Part shown: positions 19,753 through 30,200 of the stretch, one piece after another | Layout of the letters: every line of letters begins with the position of its first letter | Numbering within the stretch: position 1 is the first letter of the stretch | From: an uncultured delta proteobacterium | GTDB lineage: Bacteria; Desulfobacterota; Desulfobacteria; Desulfobacterales; UBA2156 | Direction: 5' to 3' | DNA: 64,000 nucleotides | Assembly (NCBI GenBank): GCA_963736855.1 | Contig: CAVTQK010000021.1 | Span: 32,001-96,000 of the forward strand | Program-made: the position numbers and the translations under genes | The notes under the pieces: model-generated | What the model was told of the DNA's origin: nothing | The model's database searches: none | The model's input: the letters and a program-made list of their open reading frames with translations, nothing else

Positions 19753-21043
19753 CGAAAACGCGGTTAAAAATGGCGGGGATATACTTTAAATGATAATCCA
19801 CGTCAAATAGTTCCTCGATTTTTTTCAAAGACAGATACCCTGTGATCCGTTTATCCTTTTGGATCAGACGCTTGAAGTCTTTTTTCTGTTGCCATGCCTT
19901 CATGGCGTTTTCCTGCACCATCCGATAGGCCTCTTCACGCGATGTGCCGGCTTCCACCAGGGCCAGGAGAACCTGCTGGGAAAAGATCAAGCCTCCAAGC
20001 AGATTGAGATTGGCCTTCATCTTTTTTGGATAGACCATCAGATTTCGGATGATGCCGGTCATGCGGTTGAGCATGTAGTCCATCAGGATAGTGCTGTCCG
20101 GTGCGATGATCCGCTCTACAGAAGAGTGGCTGATGTCCCGTTCATGCCATAGACAGATGTTTTCCATGGCTGCCAGGGCATTGGCTCGCAGGATGCGCGC
20201 TAACCCCGCCAGATTCTCCGAACCTACCGGATTTCGTTTGTGAGGCATGGACGAAGAGCCTTTTTGTCCTTTCGAGAAATGTTCTTCGGCTTCGAGAATT
20301 TCCGTGCGCTGGAGGTGCCGGATTTCCACGGACATCTTTTCGATGGAAGCGCCCGTGATGGCAAGGGTGGTGAAGTATTCGGCGCAGCGGTCCCGCTGGA
20401 TGATCTGGGTGGATACAGGGGCCGGCTTCAGCCCGAGCTTCTTGCAGACATAGGCTTCGATCTCGGGGGATGTATTGGCAAATGTTCCGACGGCGCCGGA
20501 TAGTTTGCCGTAAGAGATGCTTTCTATGGCGTTTTTGAATCGCTTTTTGTTGCGGCGCATTTCGTCGTACCACACTGCCAGTTTGAGGCCGAAGGTAATC
20601 GGTTCTGCATGAATCCCGTGGGAGCGCCCCACCATGACGGTGTTTTGATGTTCCAGTGCCCGATCCTTTATGGCTTCCAGGAGCCCATCCATACCCCGGA
20701 GGATAATCTTGCCGGCTTCTTTCAAGAGGAAGGCCAGGCTGGTATCCAGAACGTCGGACGAGGTCAATCCCATGTGGATGTACCGGGCTTCCGGGCCGAT
20801 GTATTCCGCCACATTGGTGGTAAAGGCTATGACATCGTGCTTGGTTTTTTCCTCGATTTCTGCGATCCGTGAAACGGAAAAGGCGGCCTTTTCTTTAATG
20901 GTTTTCAGTGCTTTTTCAGGGATTTTTCCCATCCCGGCCATGGATTCGCAGGCTAAAATCTCCACCTTGAGCCAGATCCGGTACTTATTCTCGTCTGACC
21001 AAAGGTCCCCCATGCTTTTTCGGGTGTATCGCGGAATCATCAC
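19724..21043 (-). CDS. purB: Adenylosuccinate lyase
   Basis: MIPRY, HDVIAF, GRSHGIHAEP, GSSSMPHKRNP motifs. Confidence 0.96.
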   Translation of the reverse strand: MMIPRYTRKSMGDLWSDENKYRIWLKVEILACESMAGMGKIPEKALKTIKEKAAFSVSRIAEIEEKTKHDVIAFTTNVAEYIGPEARYIHMGLTSSDVLDTSLAFLLKEAGKIILRGMDGLLEAIKDRALEHQNTVMVGRSHGIHAEPITFGLKLAVWYDEMRRNKKRFKNAIESISYGKLSGAVGTFANTSPEIEAYVCKKLGLKPAPVSTQIIQRDRCAEYFTTLAITGASIEKMSVEIRHLQRTEILEAEEHFSKGQKGSSSMPHKRNPVGSENLAGLARILRANALAAMENICLWHERDISHSSVERIIAPDSTILMDYMLNRMTGIIRNLMVYPKKMKANLNLLGGLIFSQQVLLALVEAGTSREEAYRMVQENAMKAWQQKKDFKRLIQKDKRITGYLSLKKIEELFDVDYHLKYIPAIFNRVFGARRPRGKK

Positions 21044-21124
21044 AAAGCCTTTCTATCCGGTTGAAACCTGTCGGAATGCAGACTTGGATATCTAAAATGG
21101 ATGAAGGTGTCAACCGACTGCTGG

Positions 21125-22585
21125 TTATTCGAAGATCAGCTTGTTGTCTCCAGGGACCATGGAGGGTTGGGGTTCAACGTGGATGCAGCATTCTCGTCTG
21201 GATTCGATCTCCAAGATCTCTTTACGTTTCTTATTCAGGAGGTAGGACGCCACATCAGGTGGAAGGAGTGCTCGAATGCAGGCGCTTTTTTCTTTTAGGC
21301 TCTCCAACTGGAGTTGCCGAAGAAACCTGAGGGCGAGTGTTTCCACTGAGGGTGTGATTCCGCGTCCGTGGCAATATTTACAGGGCTCATAGCTCGTGAA
21401 TTCGATGGACGGTCGAACCCGTTGACGGGTCATTTCCAGCAGTCCGAACTTGGATATCCGGCCTAAATTGGTTCGTGCTTTATCGGCTTTCAAATGGGTT
21501 TTGAGCGTCCTTTCTACTTGGAGTTTGTGTTTGGAGTCGCGCATGTCGATAAAGTCGATGACGATCAGGCCCCCCAGGTCTCGAACCCGGAGTTGCCGGC
21601 CGATTTCCTCTGCGGCTTCCAGGTTGGTCTGAAGGGCGGTTTGCTCGATGCTCTTTTTTTGGGTGGCTTTCCCGGAGTTGACGTCGATGGCCACGAGAGC
21701 CTCGGTCTGGCTGATGACGATGGATCCTCCGGATTTCAAGTTTACACGGCTTTCGAATACGGAGGCGATCTGGGCTTCCAGGTCATCCATTGCCAGGATC
21801 GGCTCTGGGCCTTTGTGCAATTTGACGATATCGCCTTGGCGGAGGGAGACCATTTTGAGGAAATCCTTAACCTCGTTGTATGCAGTCTCGTCGTCCACCA
21901 CGATTTCGGTGACCTCCGGGGTGAAATAATCACGGATGGAACGGTAAACCAGGTTGCGTTCTTTATACAAGAGGGAAGGTGCTTTGCTCATGATCCCTCT
22001 TTTTTTAATGTTTTTCCATAGGCGAAGCAGATATCCTAAATCTTTGTTCAGTACGGTTTTGGTGCAATCGGTGCCGGCGGTTCGAACGATCAGGCCGAAG
22101 TCTTCGGGGACCTTGAGCTTTTCGATAAGATCCCGGATTCGGTTGCGTTCGGAATCGTCCTCGATTTTTCTTGAAATGCCTCGGGTCTTGCTCCCGGGCA
22201 TCAAAACCAAATGCCTTCCGGGTAGCGAGATAAAGGTGGTCAGGAGGGCGCCTTTTTGTGCGGAGGGCTCCTTGGTTACCTGGACAAAGAGTTCTTGTCC
22301 CCGCTTGATGAGATTGTCGATGGATCGGTTGCCCGTATCGATGTCCTGAAAATAGTCGCTGTGGATTTCATGTTTTTGCAAAAATCCATGTCTTTCGACG
22401 CCGAGATCGACGAACAAGGCCTGCAGACTCGGCACGATCCGGGAAACGACTCCTTTATAAATATTTCCCTGGATGGTTTCTCTGGAGGTGCTTTCGATGT
22501 AAAAATCTTCCAGCTTTCCATCTTTGACTTTGACAATCCGATATTCTTCCGGATCCAGGACGTTCATAAGGATCTTAGTACCCAT
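21125..22585 (-). CDS. Rne/Rng family ribonuclease (short, RNase G-sized)
   Basis: GNIYKG S1 domain, IDVNSG, RDLGGLIVIDFIDM, CxxCxGxG Zn link. Confidence 0.92.
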   Translation of the reverse strand: MGTKILMNVLDPEEYRIVKVKDGKLEDFYIESTSRETIQGNIYKGVVSRIVPSLQALFVDLGVERHGFLQKHEIHSDYFQDIDTGNRSIDNLIKRGQELFVQVTKEPSAQKGALLTTFISLPGRHLVLMPGSKTRGISRKIEDDSERNRIRDLIEKLKVPEDFGLIVRTAGTDCTKTVLNKDLGYLLRLWKNIKKRGIMSKAPSLLYKERNLVYRSIRDYFTPEVTEIVVDDETAYNEVKDFLKMVSLRQGDIVKLHKGPEPILAMDDLEAQIASVFESRVNLKSGGSIVISQTEALVAIDVNSGKATQKKSIEQTALQTNLEAAEEIGRQLRVRDLGGLIVIDFIDMRDSKHKLQVERTLKTHLKADKARTNLGRISKFGLLEMTRQRVRPSIEFTSYEPCKYCHGRGITPSVETLALRFLRQLQLESLKEKSACIRALLPPDVASYLLNKKRKEILEIESRRECCIHVEPQPSMVPGDNKLIFE

Positions 22586-22811
22586 GTATGATTTTTCCTT
22601 TACGGCTTTTATTTGACGAAAAAACGGCTCCAATTCAGTAATCTTAACCGTAATGGTAAGGTAAATCAATCATTGAATACGATTTGGGGCCTTTGGGTCT
22701 CCGACGTCCTATGATAGAAAGTTTGAGTGACAAAGATTTGCGGCTTGTTGACTTCACCAAGCTTTCGTGTCAACCATCCGGAGCAAACTAGAAAAGGACG
22801 GGAGAAAGAAT

Positions 22812-24083
22812 ATGAATCGACAATCTGCAGGGTATCGTTGGCTCATCTTCTGGATTATCGCCTTCGGATATGTCCTGGTCTATTTTCACCGTCTCTGTCC
22901 AGCCATTGTGGCGGTGGACATGATGCGGGATCTCAAGGCCGGTGGTGCACTGATCGGCTTTTTAGCGGCCGCTTATTTTTACCCATACGCCGTGATGCAG
23001 TTGCCGGCAGGGCTTTTGTCGGATTCCTGGGGGCCGCGAAAAACCATCACCGTTTTTTTTATCGTAGCATTTTTTGGGTCCATCCTGTTGGGTGTCGCAC
23101 CATCGGCGTCCTGGGCCATCATCGGACGCACACTGGTGGGATTTGGGGTGGCCATGCTCTTCGTGCCGGCAATGAAAATCCTGGTTGAATGGTTTACCAA
23201 GAAAGAATTCGCCTTCATGACCGGAATCCTGGTAGCTATGGGAGGAATCGGATCCCTGATAGCAGCCACTCCTCTGGCGTTATTGAGCGCCACCATCGGA
23301 TGGCGGTTCTCCTTTATCGCTGTGGGAGGATTCACCCTGCTTTTGGCTATTTTGATATGGCGTTTTGTCCAGGACCGGCCGGAATCCGGAAAAAGTGTTT
23401 CAAATAACGAAAAGACGGCTGAAGGGCAGGATGTCATCGGCCTCATGGATGGGGTCCGGCGGGTCTTGACGACCCCGGCTTTCTGGCCGCTTGCGGTGTG
23501 GTTCTTTTTTAATTTCGGCATCTTTTTTTCCTTCGGGGGTCTCTGGGGCGGGCCGTATCTCATGCATGTTTACCGGATGACTCGGGATCAGGCCGGCCAG
23601 ATTCTCTCCATGCTGGCAGTGGGAATGATCATCGGAAGCCCATTGCTTAGCTTTGTTTCCAGTTCCATCTTCAAGGCCCGAAAACCGGTCCTTGTGATAT
23701 CCAGCTCAATGGTCCTGGTCATTACGCTGCTCCTGGCGTTTTTCCCCGACCGAATCCCCCTTTATGGATTGTATGTCATTTGCCTGGCACTGGGCATCTT
23801 TTCCAGCGCCATAGTAGTGATCGGGTTTACGGCGAACAAGGAGCTTTTTCCGGTGCAAATCGCCGGAACGGCCTCCGGGTTGGTCAATCTTTTCCCCTTT
23901 GCCGGTGGTGCCGTGTTTCAGCCGATCTTAGGATACACCCTGGAAAAGTACGGCAGGGTCGATGGGATATTTACAGTTCAAGGATATCGGGGGGCTTTTT
24001 CTGTTCTTCTTTCCTGTGCCGTTGTCGCAATCCTCGCGAGCTTCTTCATCAAAGAAACACTGGGTTCAAAAGAAAGCTCCTGA
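22812..24083 (+). CDS. MFS transporter
   Basis: About 12 hydrophobic segments; motif A-like GLLSDSWGPRK. Confidence 0.9.
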   Translation: MNRQSAGYRWLIFWIIAFGYVLVYFHRLCPAIVAVDMMRDLKAGGALIGFLAAAYFYPYAVMQLPAGLLSDSWGPRKTITVFFIVAFFGSILLGVAPSASWAIIGRTLVGFGVAMLFVPAMKILVEWFTKKEFAFMTGILVAMGGIGSLIAATPLALLSATIGWRFSFIAVGGFTLLLAILIWRFVQDRPESGKSVSNNEKTAEGQDVIGLMDGVRRVLTTPAFWPLAVWFFFNFGIFFSFGGLWGGPYLMHVYRMTRDQAGQILSMLAVGMIIGSPLLSFVSSSIFKARKPVLVISSSMVLVITLLLAFFPDRIPLYGLYVICLALGIFSSAIVVIGFTANKELFPVQIAGTASGLVNLFPFAGGAVFQPILGYTLEKYGRVDGIFTVQGYRGAFSVLLSCAVVAILASFFIKETLGSKESS

Positions 24084-24138
24084 AGGATCGATTCGCTATT
24101 TTCGATTTTTTCTTGACTTCTCCTCATCGGTTATGTAG

Positions 24139-24160
24139 TCACATTATAGTTAGAATGTGA
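24139..24160. promoter_or_regulatory. Candidate operator palindrome upstream of the catabolic cluster
   Basis: TCACATTATAGTTAGAATGTGA, 18/22 self-complementary, just downstream of TTGACT at 24113. Confidence 0.45.
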
Positions 24161-24350
24161 TTAAACTCCGGATGCCTGTAACTTCTAATCCATCCAATTT
24201 ATTGAAAATATTAATCGCCGGCTTTATTAAGGCTTCAATAAGGGAAAGTGCGCCAGGCATAGGGTTTTCCAGGTGTCGCCCACGCCGGGTTCAGAGAAGG
24301 GAATGCCGGCAGGCGTTAAGCGGTATCGAATATAAAAAAGGGGACGGCAT

Positions 24351-24797
24351 ATGAAACTCAAACAAGTTTCCATTTCCATCGAGAACTCACCGGCGCGTCT
24401 TTACAAGGTCACCAAGGCTTTGGGAGATGCTGGGATCAACTTGCGGGCGCTTAACCTGGTGGAAACAGGCGGCGGTTTCGGGTTGCTGCGACTCCTGGTT
24501 TCAGATGTTACCACCACACGGCGCATCCTGATGAAAAAGCACATTCCGGCCCAAGTCAGCGAGGTGGTGGCGACTGAGATCGAAGACAAACCCGGCAGCC
24601 TGGCCCGAATGCTCAAATACCTCCTGGACGCCAAGATTCATACCGTTTACATGTATGCGTTTGCGGGTTTTTCTTCTGAGAAAGCAGTGATGATTTTCCG
24701 TTTCACGGATAACGACAAAGCCATTGAAATTTTAAAGAAAAAAGGGATTCAAGTCCTGGATGCCAAGGCTTTCGGGATGCTGAATGCCGAAGGTTGA
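24351..24797 (+). CDS. Tandem ACT-domain (amino-acid-binding) protein
   Basis: QVSISIENSPARL..GINLRAL and EDKPGSLA repeats. Confidence 0.88.
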   Translation: MKLKQVSISIENSPARLYKVTKALGDAGINLRALNLVETGGGFGLLRLLVSDVTTTRRILMKKHIPAQVSEVVATEIEDKPGSLARMLKYLLDAKIHTVYMYAFAGFSSEKAVMIFRFTDNDKAIEILKKKGIQVLDAKAFGMLNAEG

Positions 24798-24893
24798 ACC
24801 CTCGTGTCCGGTTTCATTGATTGCTCGTTTCGACACAACAGCCCGTATGCCGTTTCCGGAAAGCGGTGGCCTTTACGTCGGAAAGGATGAGAA

Positions 24894-25841
24894 ATGAAAA
24901 AGAAATCGAAGTTTGATCCAGGTTCCTTTGGAATCATCGGCGCCGGACCGGTGGGATGCATCGTGGCGGCATTTTTGGCCAAGGGGGGTTACGATGTGGT
25001 TTTATGCGACGTGATCCCGGACCTCGTGGCCCCGGCGGTTGATCGGGGAATCATTATCGAAGGCGCGGAAAACCTCACCCAACGCGTTCGCGCCACATGC
25101 ACCAGTGTTGACGAATTGTCCGACGTCAATCCCGACGCAATTTTTATCACCGTCAAAGCCAATGCGCTCCCGTTGATTGTTTCGGCCATCGAGGATTTTT
25201 ATCGGGAAGGGATGGTCGTGGTGAGCTGGCAAAACGGCATCGACACAGAACTTGAACTCGCAAAGATTCTGGGGAAGAAAGCGTCCATACGCGCGGTGGT
25301 CAATTACGGGTGTAGTCTTTTAGGTCCGGCCCACGTCAAAATGCCGTTTCATCATCCGCCCCATTATATCCAGGAACTCGATCCGGATTCCAGGGAATTA
25401 GCTGTCGGCATCGCCGGGGCCTTGACCCGCGGAGGGCTGGAAACCCGGCATACGGACCAGATCATCTCCATGGTTTGGCGCAAAAGCATCATGAACGCTT
25501 GCATGAATCCGGTCTGCGCCGTCACCGGTTTGACCATGGCCCAGGCCATGAATGATCCCATTATTTTTGAAACTGTCGATTCGTTGGTTAAGGAGTGCAT
25601 CCAGGTTGCCCGGGCCAACGAAATCTCCTTGGGGTGGGACTACTACACCCACGCCATGGATTATATGAGTCATGCAGGGGATCATAAGCCGTCCATGTTG
25701 ACGGATATCGAAAATCGACGGCTGACCGAAATCGATTTCATCAACGGCAAATTCGTGGAATACGGGGATCGGGCAGGCGTCGCCACCCCTTACAACACCA
25801 CGCTCCGATCGCTGGTCAAAGGTTTGCAGTCTAAGTTCTAG
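24894..25841 (+). CDS. Ketopantoate reductase (PanE/ApbA) family oxidoreductase
   Basis: GAGPVG, QNG, WRK, PSML.D, TEIDFING motifs. Confidence 0.88.
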   Translation: MKKKSKFDPGSFGIIGAGPVGCIVAAFLAKGGYDVVLCDVIPDLVAPAVDRGIIIEGAENLTQRVRATCTSVDELSDVNPDAIFITVKANALPLIVSAIEDFYREGMVVVSWQNGIDTELELAKILGKKASIRAVVNYGCSLLGPAHVKMPFHHPPHYIQELDPDSRELAVGIAGALTRGGLETRHTDQIISMVWRKSIMNACMNPVCAVTGLTMAQAMNDPIIFETVDSLVKECIQVARANEISLGWDYYTHAMDYMSHAGDHKPSMLTDIENRRLTEIDFINGKFVEYGDRAGVATPYNTTLRSLVKGLQSKF

Positions 25842-25894
25842 TCTGATATGGGATTAGTCACAGTGAAGATTTCGGGAACAGGGCAGAGGCATCC

Positions 25895-26728
25895 ATGAAA
25901 AGCAAGCCGGCTGGACACCCAGAGATCACCCCGCTTTTTGTGGGAGTCGACGTGGGATCTTCCAGGACAAAAGCGGCTGTACTGGACTCCGCATTGAATC
26001 TGGTCGGTTATGATGTCCGGAAATCGGGTACCGATTTTACCAGAACTGCGGATGAATGCCTGAATACCTCTCTTCAAATGGCCCGACGAAATCCCGAAGA
26101 TGTGGTCTATACCGTCTCTACCGGATACGGTCGGAAGAACGTTGTTTTTTCCAAGGATACCCGAACCGAAATCGGATGCCATGGAAAAGGGTGTTACCAC
26201 TATTTTCCGAAAGCGATCACCATCATCGACATCGGCGGTCAGGACAACAAGATCATCAAACTGGATGCAGCGGGTCGAAGACTCAGTTTCAAGATGAACC
26301 GAAAGTGCGCCGCTGGAACCGGTGCCTTTCTGGAGGAGATGTCCGCCCGTCTCGACATTCCGTTGGAAGACATGGACGGACTGGCCCGAAAGTCTACGGA
26401 TATGGTCAAACTCGGGAGTTTTTGCACTGTTTTTTCAGCCACCGAAGTTTTGGAAAATATTCGCGGCGGAAAAAAGATCGAAGACATCGTCAAGGGGTTG
26501 TTTTTTTCGGTGATTAAGCGGGTCCTGGAGATGGATTCCCTGACGGAGAAGGTCGTCATGACCGGGGGGGTGGTGCAGCACAATCCATTCCTGGTTCAGA
26601 TGACCGAAGTCCAGATCGGAAGATCCATCTTGGTTCCCCCGCACCCGCAGTTGACCGGGGCTGTCGGCGCTGCCCTCTATGCACTGGAGGCGGCAGGAAC
26701 GGAGCCTCTGCCGAACCGCGGAGCCTGA
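25895..26728 (+). CDS. 2-hydroxyacyl-CoA dehydratase activator ATPase (HgdC/HadI-like)
   Basis: GVDVGS, STGYGR, IDIGGQD, MNRKCAAGTG, CTVF motifs. Confidence 0.92.
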   Translation: MKSKPAGHPEITPLFVGVDVGSSRTKAAVLDSALNLVGYDVRKSGTDFTRTADECLNTSLQMARRNPEDVVYTVSTGYGRKNVVFSKDTRTEIGCHGKGCYHYFPKAITIIDIGGQDNKIIKLDAAGRRLSFKMNRKCAAGTGAFLEEMSARLDIPLEDMDGLARKSTDMVKLGSFCTVFSATEVLENIRGGKKIEDIVKGLFFSVIKRVLEMDSLTEKVVMTGGVVQHNPFLVQMTEVQIGRSILVPPHPQLTGAVGAALYALEAAGTEPLPNRGA

Positions 26729-26833
26729 GACCTCAGGCTCCAGGCGTTGCTGCTTTTTTAAAGGATCGGTATTGATTCGAGGGTGATTCTATCAACCGGA
26801 GGATCATCCGATATCATAGGGAGGAGATAACTT

Positions 26834-28081
26834 ATGGCACAAGAGAAAGAAATTGTAATTCGGCGTTTAAAAACCGCCAAGGACCTGGGTAAGTTCATGG
26901 CCGATTACTACTATGAACTGGATGAAGCCTCCAAGTCCGGCAAGAAAAAGGTTGCCTGGTGCACCAGCGTCGGGCCGGCGGAAATCCTGAGGGGAATGGG
27001 GTTTTTAACCTACTTTCCGGAGACCCACTCCGCCATGCTGGGAACCACAAGGATGGCCGTCGACCTGATTCCCAAGGCCAACGCCATCGGCTATTCCCCG
27101 GACATCTGTTCCTACCTTACTGCAGACATCGGTGCCTTTCTGGAGGGAGTCACCCCTCTGTCGCGGGCTTTTCCAGGCATCCAGAGCGTACCGAAGCCGG
27201 ACGTTTTGGTCTATAACACCAATCAGTGCCGAGATGTCCAGGACTGGTTTGCCTGGTATGCAGAACATTATAACGTGCCGTTGGTGGGGATCGAGACCTA
27301 TCGGAACGTTCCTGAAGTGACGCCGGCGCATATCACCTCCATTGTTGGACAGATGGAAAACATTGTGGAGCCTTTGGAAAAAGTAGCCGGTCGGAAACTA
27401 GACATGGGGGAGCTTAAAAATGCGGTGGCCCTTTCCCGTGAATGCTCGGATCTTTGGGAAAAATGTCTGGCTGCGGCCGCTTCCAAACCTTCACCCCTCA
27501 CCTTCTTTGACGGAACTACTTTGATGGGACCGGCCGTCGTGGGCCGCGGTACTCAGAGGGCCAATGATGCTTATAATCTGCTTTTGGAAGAGTTGAATGA
27601 ACGCGTGGCTCAAGGAATCGGGGCCATCGAGAATGAGCGATACCGGCTCTACTGGGACGGGATGCCGGTTTGGGGACGTCTCAGCATGCATTCCAAGCTC
27701 TTTGCCGGACTCGACGCCAACGTCATCGCTTCCACATACTGCAGCAGCTGGATTTTTACCGCCCTCGACCCCAGGGAACCCTTTGAAAGCATGGCCAAGG
27801 CCTACACCGAACTTTTCATCGTCAGGTCGGACGAGTACAAGGAAGAATACATCAAAGACAAACTGGAATTCTTCAAGTGCGACGGCATCATCTATCACGA
27901 CGCCAAGACTTGTCCCAACAACACCAACTGCCGGTACGGGATGCCGCAACGGCTCGAAAAGAAAACCGGGATTCCGAGCCTGATTATCAACGGTGACCTT
28001 AACGATCTCCGGTTACTTTCGGATGAACAGACCAAGACGAATGTGGAAGCCTTCATCGAACAACTTGAAGAGCGTAAATAG
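26834..28081 (+). CDS. 2-hydroxyacyl-CoA dehydratase family subunit
   Basis: FPE, GYSPDICSY, NQC, KTC Fe-S cysteines; directly follows the activator. Confidence 0.88.
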   Translation: MAQEKEIVIRRLKTAKDLGKFMADYYYELDEASKSGKKKVAWCTSVGPAEILRGMGFLTYFPETHSAMLGTTRMAVDLIPKANAIGYSPDICSYLTADIGAFLEGVTPLSRAFPGIQSVPKPDVLVYNTNQCRDVQDWFAWYAEHYNVPLVGIETYRNVPEVTPAHITSIVGQMENIVEPLEKVAGRKLDMGELKNAVALSRECSDLWEKCLAAAASKPSPLTFFDGTTLMGPAVVGRGTQRANDAYNLLLEELNERVAQGIGAIENERYRLYWDGMPVWGRLSMHSKLFAGLDANVIASTYCSSWIFTALDPREPFESMAKAYTELFIVRSDEYKEEYIKDKLEFFKCDGIIYHDAKTCPNNTNCRYGMPQRLEKKTGIPSLIINGDLNDLRLLSDEQTKTNVEAFIEQLEERK

Positions 28082-28108
28082 GGCCATCTGAAAAAGGGGG
28101 AAAAAGTC

Positions 28109-30187
28109 ATGTTAGACGCATTGTTTCGACCGAGGGCGGTCGCCGTCATCGGCGCATCGGGCAAAGAGCTTTCCATCGGAAACCGGGTCATCAAGAACCT
28201 CATCGACTTCGGGTTCAAGGGCGCCATATACCCCATCAACCCCAAGGCCGATGAGATTCGAGGCCTAAAGGCCTACCCGACGATCCTCGATTGTCCGGGA
28301 GAAGTGGACGTGGTCCACATGGTCATCCCGGCCAAATTTATCCCCCAGGCCGTGGAAGATTGCGGCAAAAAGAGGGTCAAGCACATTATCATCAACTCAG
28401 GCGGGTTTTCCGAGACCGGCCCCGAAGGAGAGGCCATTGAAAAGGATTTTTTAGCCCGTGCCAAAAAATATGGCATCCGGATCTTGGGACCCAACTGCCA
28501 GGGGATCATCAATTCGGATCCGAACATCCGGGCTTACTGCAATTTCACCTTCACCAAACCGGATCCGGGGTTTATCTCCATTGTGGCACTCAGCGGAGGA
28601 GTGGCCGAGGTCATTCACCAGGGATTCTCGGAGATGGGGGTAGGGACCCGGATCTACGCTTCCAACGGAAACGCATGCGATGTCACGATTCCTGAGATAA
28701 TCCGATATTTAGGCGATGATGAGGGAACCCGCGTCATCGTGACCTATGTTGAAGGGCTCCGGGATCCGGCCAACTTCATGAAGACGGTTCAGGAGGTTGC
28801 GGCTAAAAAACCGATTTTAGCCATGAAGGCCGGTCGGACCAAGGAAGGTGCCAAGGCCGCCGCGTCACATACCGGTGGGCTGGCCAAGGAAGACATCGCC
28901 ACCGACCTCATCTTCAAGAAGGCCGGGGTCGTGGATTTCAGGGACGAAGGGGAACTGATTCAAGCCGCCGTCGCCTTTGCTTCGCAGCCGATTCCCAAAG
29001 GGAACCGCGTGGGTATCATCACCAATACCGGCGGCCCGGCCGTCATCGCGACAGATGTTCTGGTGGGGGCCGGCCTTCAACTTCCACCGCTTTCCGCAAA
29101 AACCGAGGCATTTCTTAAGGAAAAACTTTATCCCGAGGCATCCGTGCATAATCCCGTGGATGTTCTTGCTACGGCCAACGCGGCGCATTATCGGGCCTGC
29201 ATGGATGCCATGATGGAAGACGATCACTTCGATTGCGTCTTCATCAATTTCGTCACCCCCTTTTTTGTGGACAACGAGAGCATCGCCAGAGAGATTGTTG
29301 TCGTCAGTCAGCAGCAGAGAAAGCCGATCGTTTGCAACCTGATGACGGATCGCAGGCAATGGACCGAGGTGGTCAAGATCCTGCAGGACGGAGGCGTTCC
29401 CTGTTTCAGCCTCCCAGGGGCCGCGGCGCGGGCCATGACGGCCATGGTGCGATACCACAACTTGCGGAACCGGGAGCGAGGAACGATTCCGGCATTCGGC
29501 GATGTCGATACAAAGGCTGCCGGTAAAATCCTTCAGAAGGCAGGAACAACCGGAGATTTTTTGGCTTCCGACGATGTTTACCGTCTACTGGAGGCCTATA
29601 AAATCCCTGTGCCAGGGTGGCGCGTGGTCCAAAATGTCGAGGAGGCGGTCAAAGCCGCCGAGGCGATCGGGTATCCGGTGGTGGTGAAGGCGGATGCCCC
29701 GTCCATCGTCCATAAAAGCGAGATGGGCGGGGTCGCGTTGGATCTTAAGGATGCCGGGGAGGTTCGATCTGCGGTGACCGGAATGCAAAACAGCTTGAAG
29801 GCCAAGGACCTGCGGTTTTTTATTCAGAAATGCCTGCCTAAAGGCCTGGAGGTCATCGTCGGCGCCAAGGCCGAAGAAGGGCTGGGACACATCGTCATGT
29901 TCGGACTGGGAGGAATTTATGTGGAAGTCATGAAGGATGTGGTCTTCAACCTGACTCCGGTCACCTCGGCAGAGGCTGAGGAGATGCTTTCTTCGATCAA
30001 AGGGAAGGCGCTGTTGACAGGTGTCCGGGGTCAGGAAGGGGTTGACCGAAAGACCCTGGAAATGCTCATTCTCAGGGTATCGCAACTGGTGTCCGATCTG
30101 CCGGAGATCCTCGAGATGGATTTGAATCCAGTCATCGCCTATGAAGACGGCCTTTTTGTTGCCGATGCGCGAATCCGATTGAAGTAA
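28109..30187 (+). CDS. ADP-forming acyl-CoA synthetase (alpha-beta fusion)
   Basis: AVIGAS, GPNCQG, SHTG phospho-His, HKSEMGGV and DLNP ATP-grasp motifs. Confidence 0.92.
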   Translation: MLDALFRPRAVAVIGASGKELSIGNRVIKNLIDFGFKGAIYPINPKADEIRGLKAYPTILDCPGEVDVVHMVIPAKFIPQAVEDCGKKRVKHIIINSGGFSETGPEGEAIEKDFLARAKKYGIRILGPNCQGIINSDPNIRAYCNFTFTKPDPGFISIVALSGGVAEVIHQGFSEMGVGTRIYASNGNACDVTIPEIIRYLGDDEGTRVIVTYVEGLRDPANFMKTVQEVAAKKPILAMKAGRTKEGAKAAASHTGGLAKEDIATDLIFKKAGVVDFRDEGELIQAAVAFASQPIPKGNRVGIITNTGGPAVIATDVLVGAGLQLPPLSAKTEAFLKEKLYPEASVHNPVDVLATANAAHYRACMDAMMEDDHFDCVFINFVTPFFVDNESIAREIVVVSQQQRKPIVCNLMTDRRQWTEVVKILQDGGVPCFSLPGAAARAMTAMVRYHNLRNRERGTIPAFGDVDTKAAGKILQKAGTTGDFLASDDVYRLLEAYKIPVPGWRVVQNVEEAVKAAEAIGYPVVVKADAPSIVHKSEMGGVALDLKDAGEVRSAVTGMQNSLKAKDLRFFIQKCLPKGLEVIVGAKAEEGLGHIVMFGLGGIYVEVMKDVVFNLTPVTSAEAEEMLSSIKGKALLTGVRGQEGVDRKTLEMLILRVSQLVSDLPEILEMDLNPVIAYEDGLFVADARIRLK

Positions 30188-30200
30188 AAGGAGATCCGAA

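Noticed and set aside
25895..28081. Benzoyl-CoA reductase (bcr/bzd) call
   Set aside because: Class I BCR needs two ATPase and two reductase subunits plus ring-cleavage genes, which are not present here
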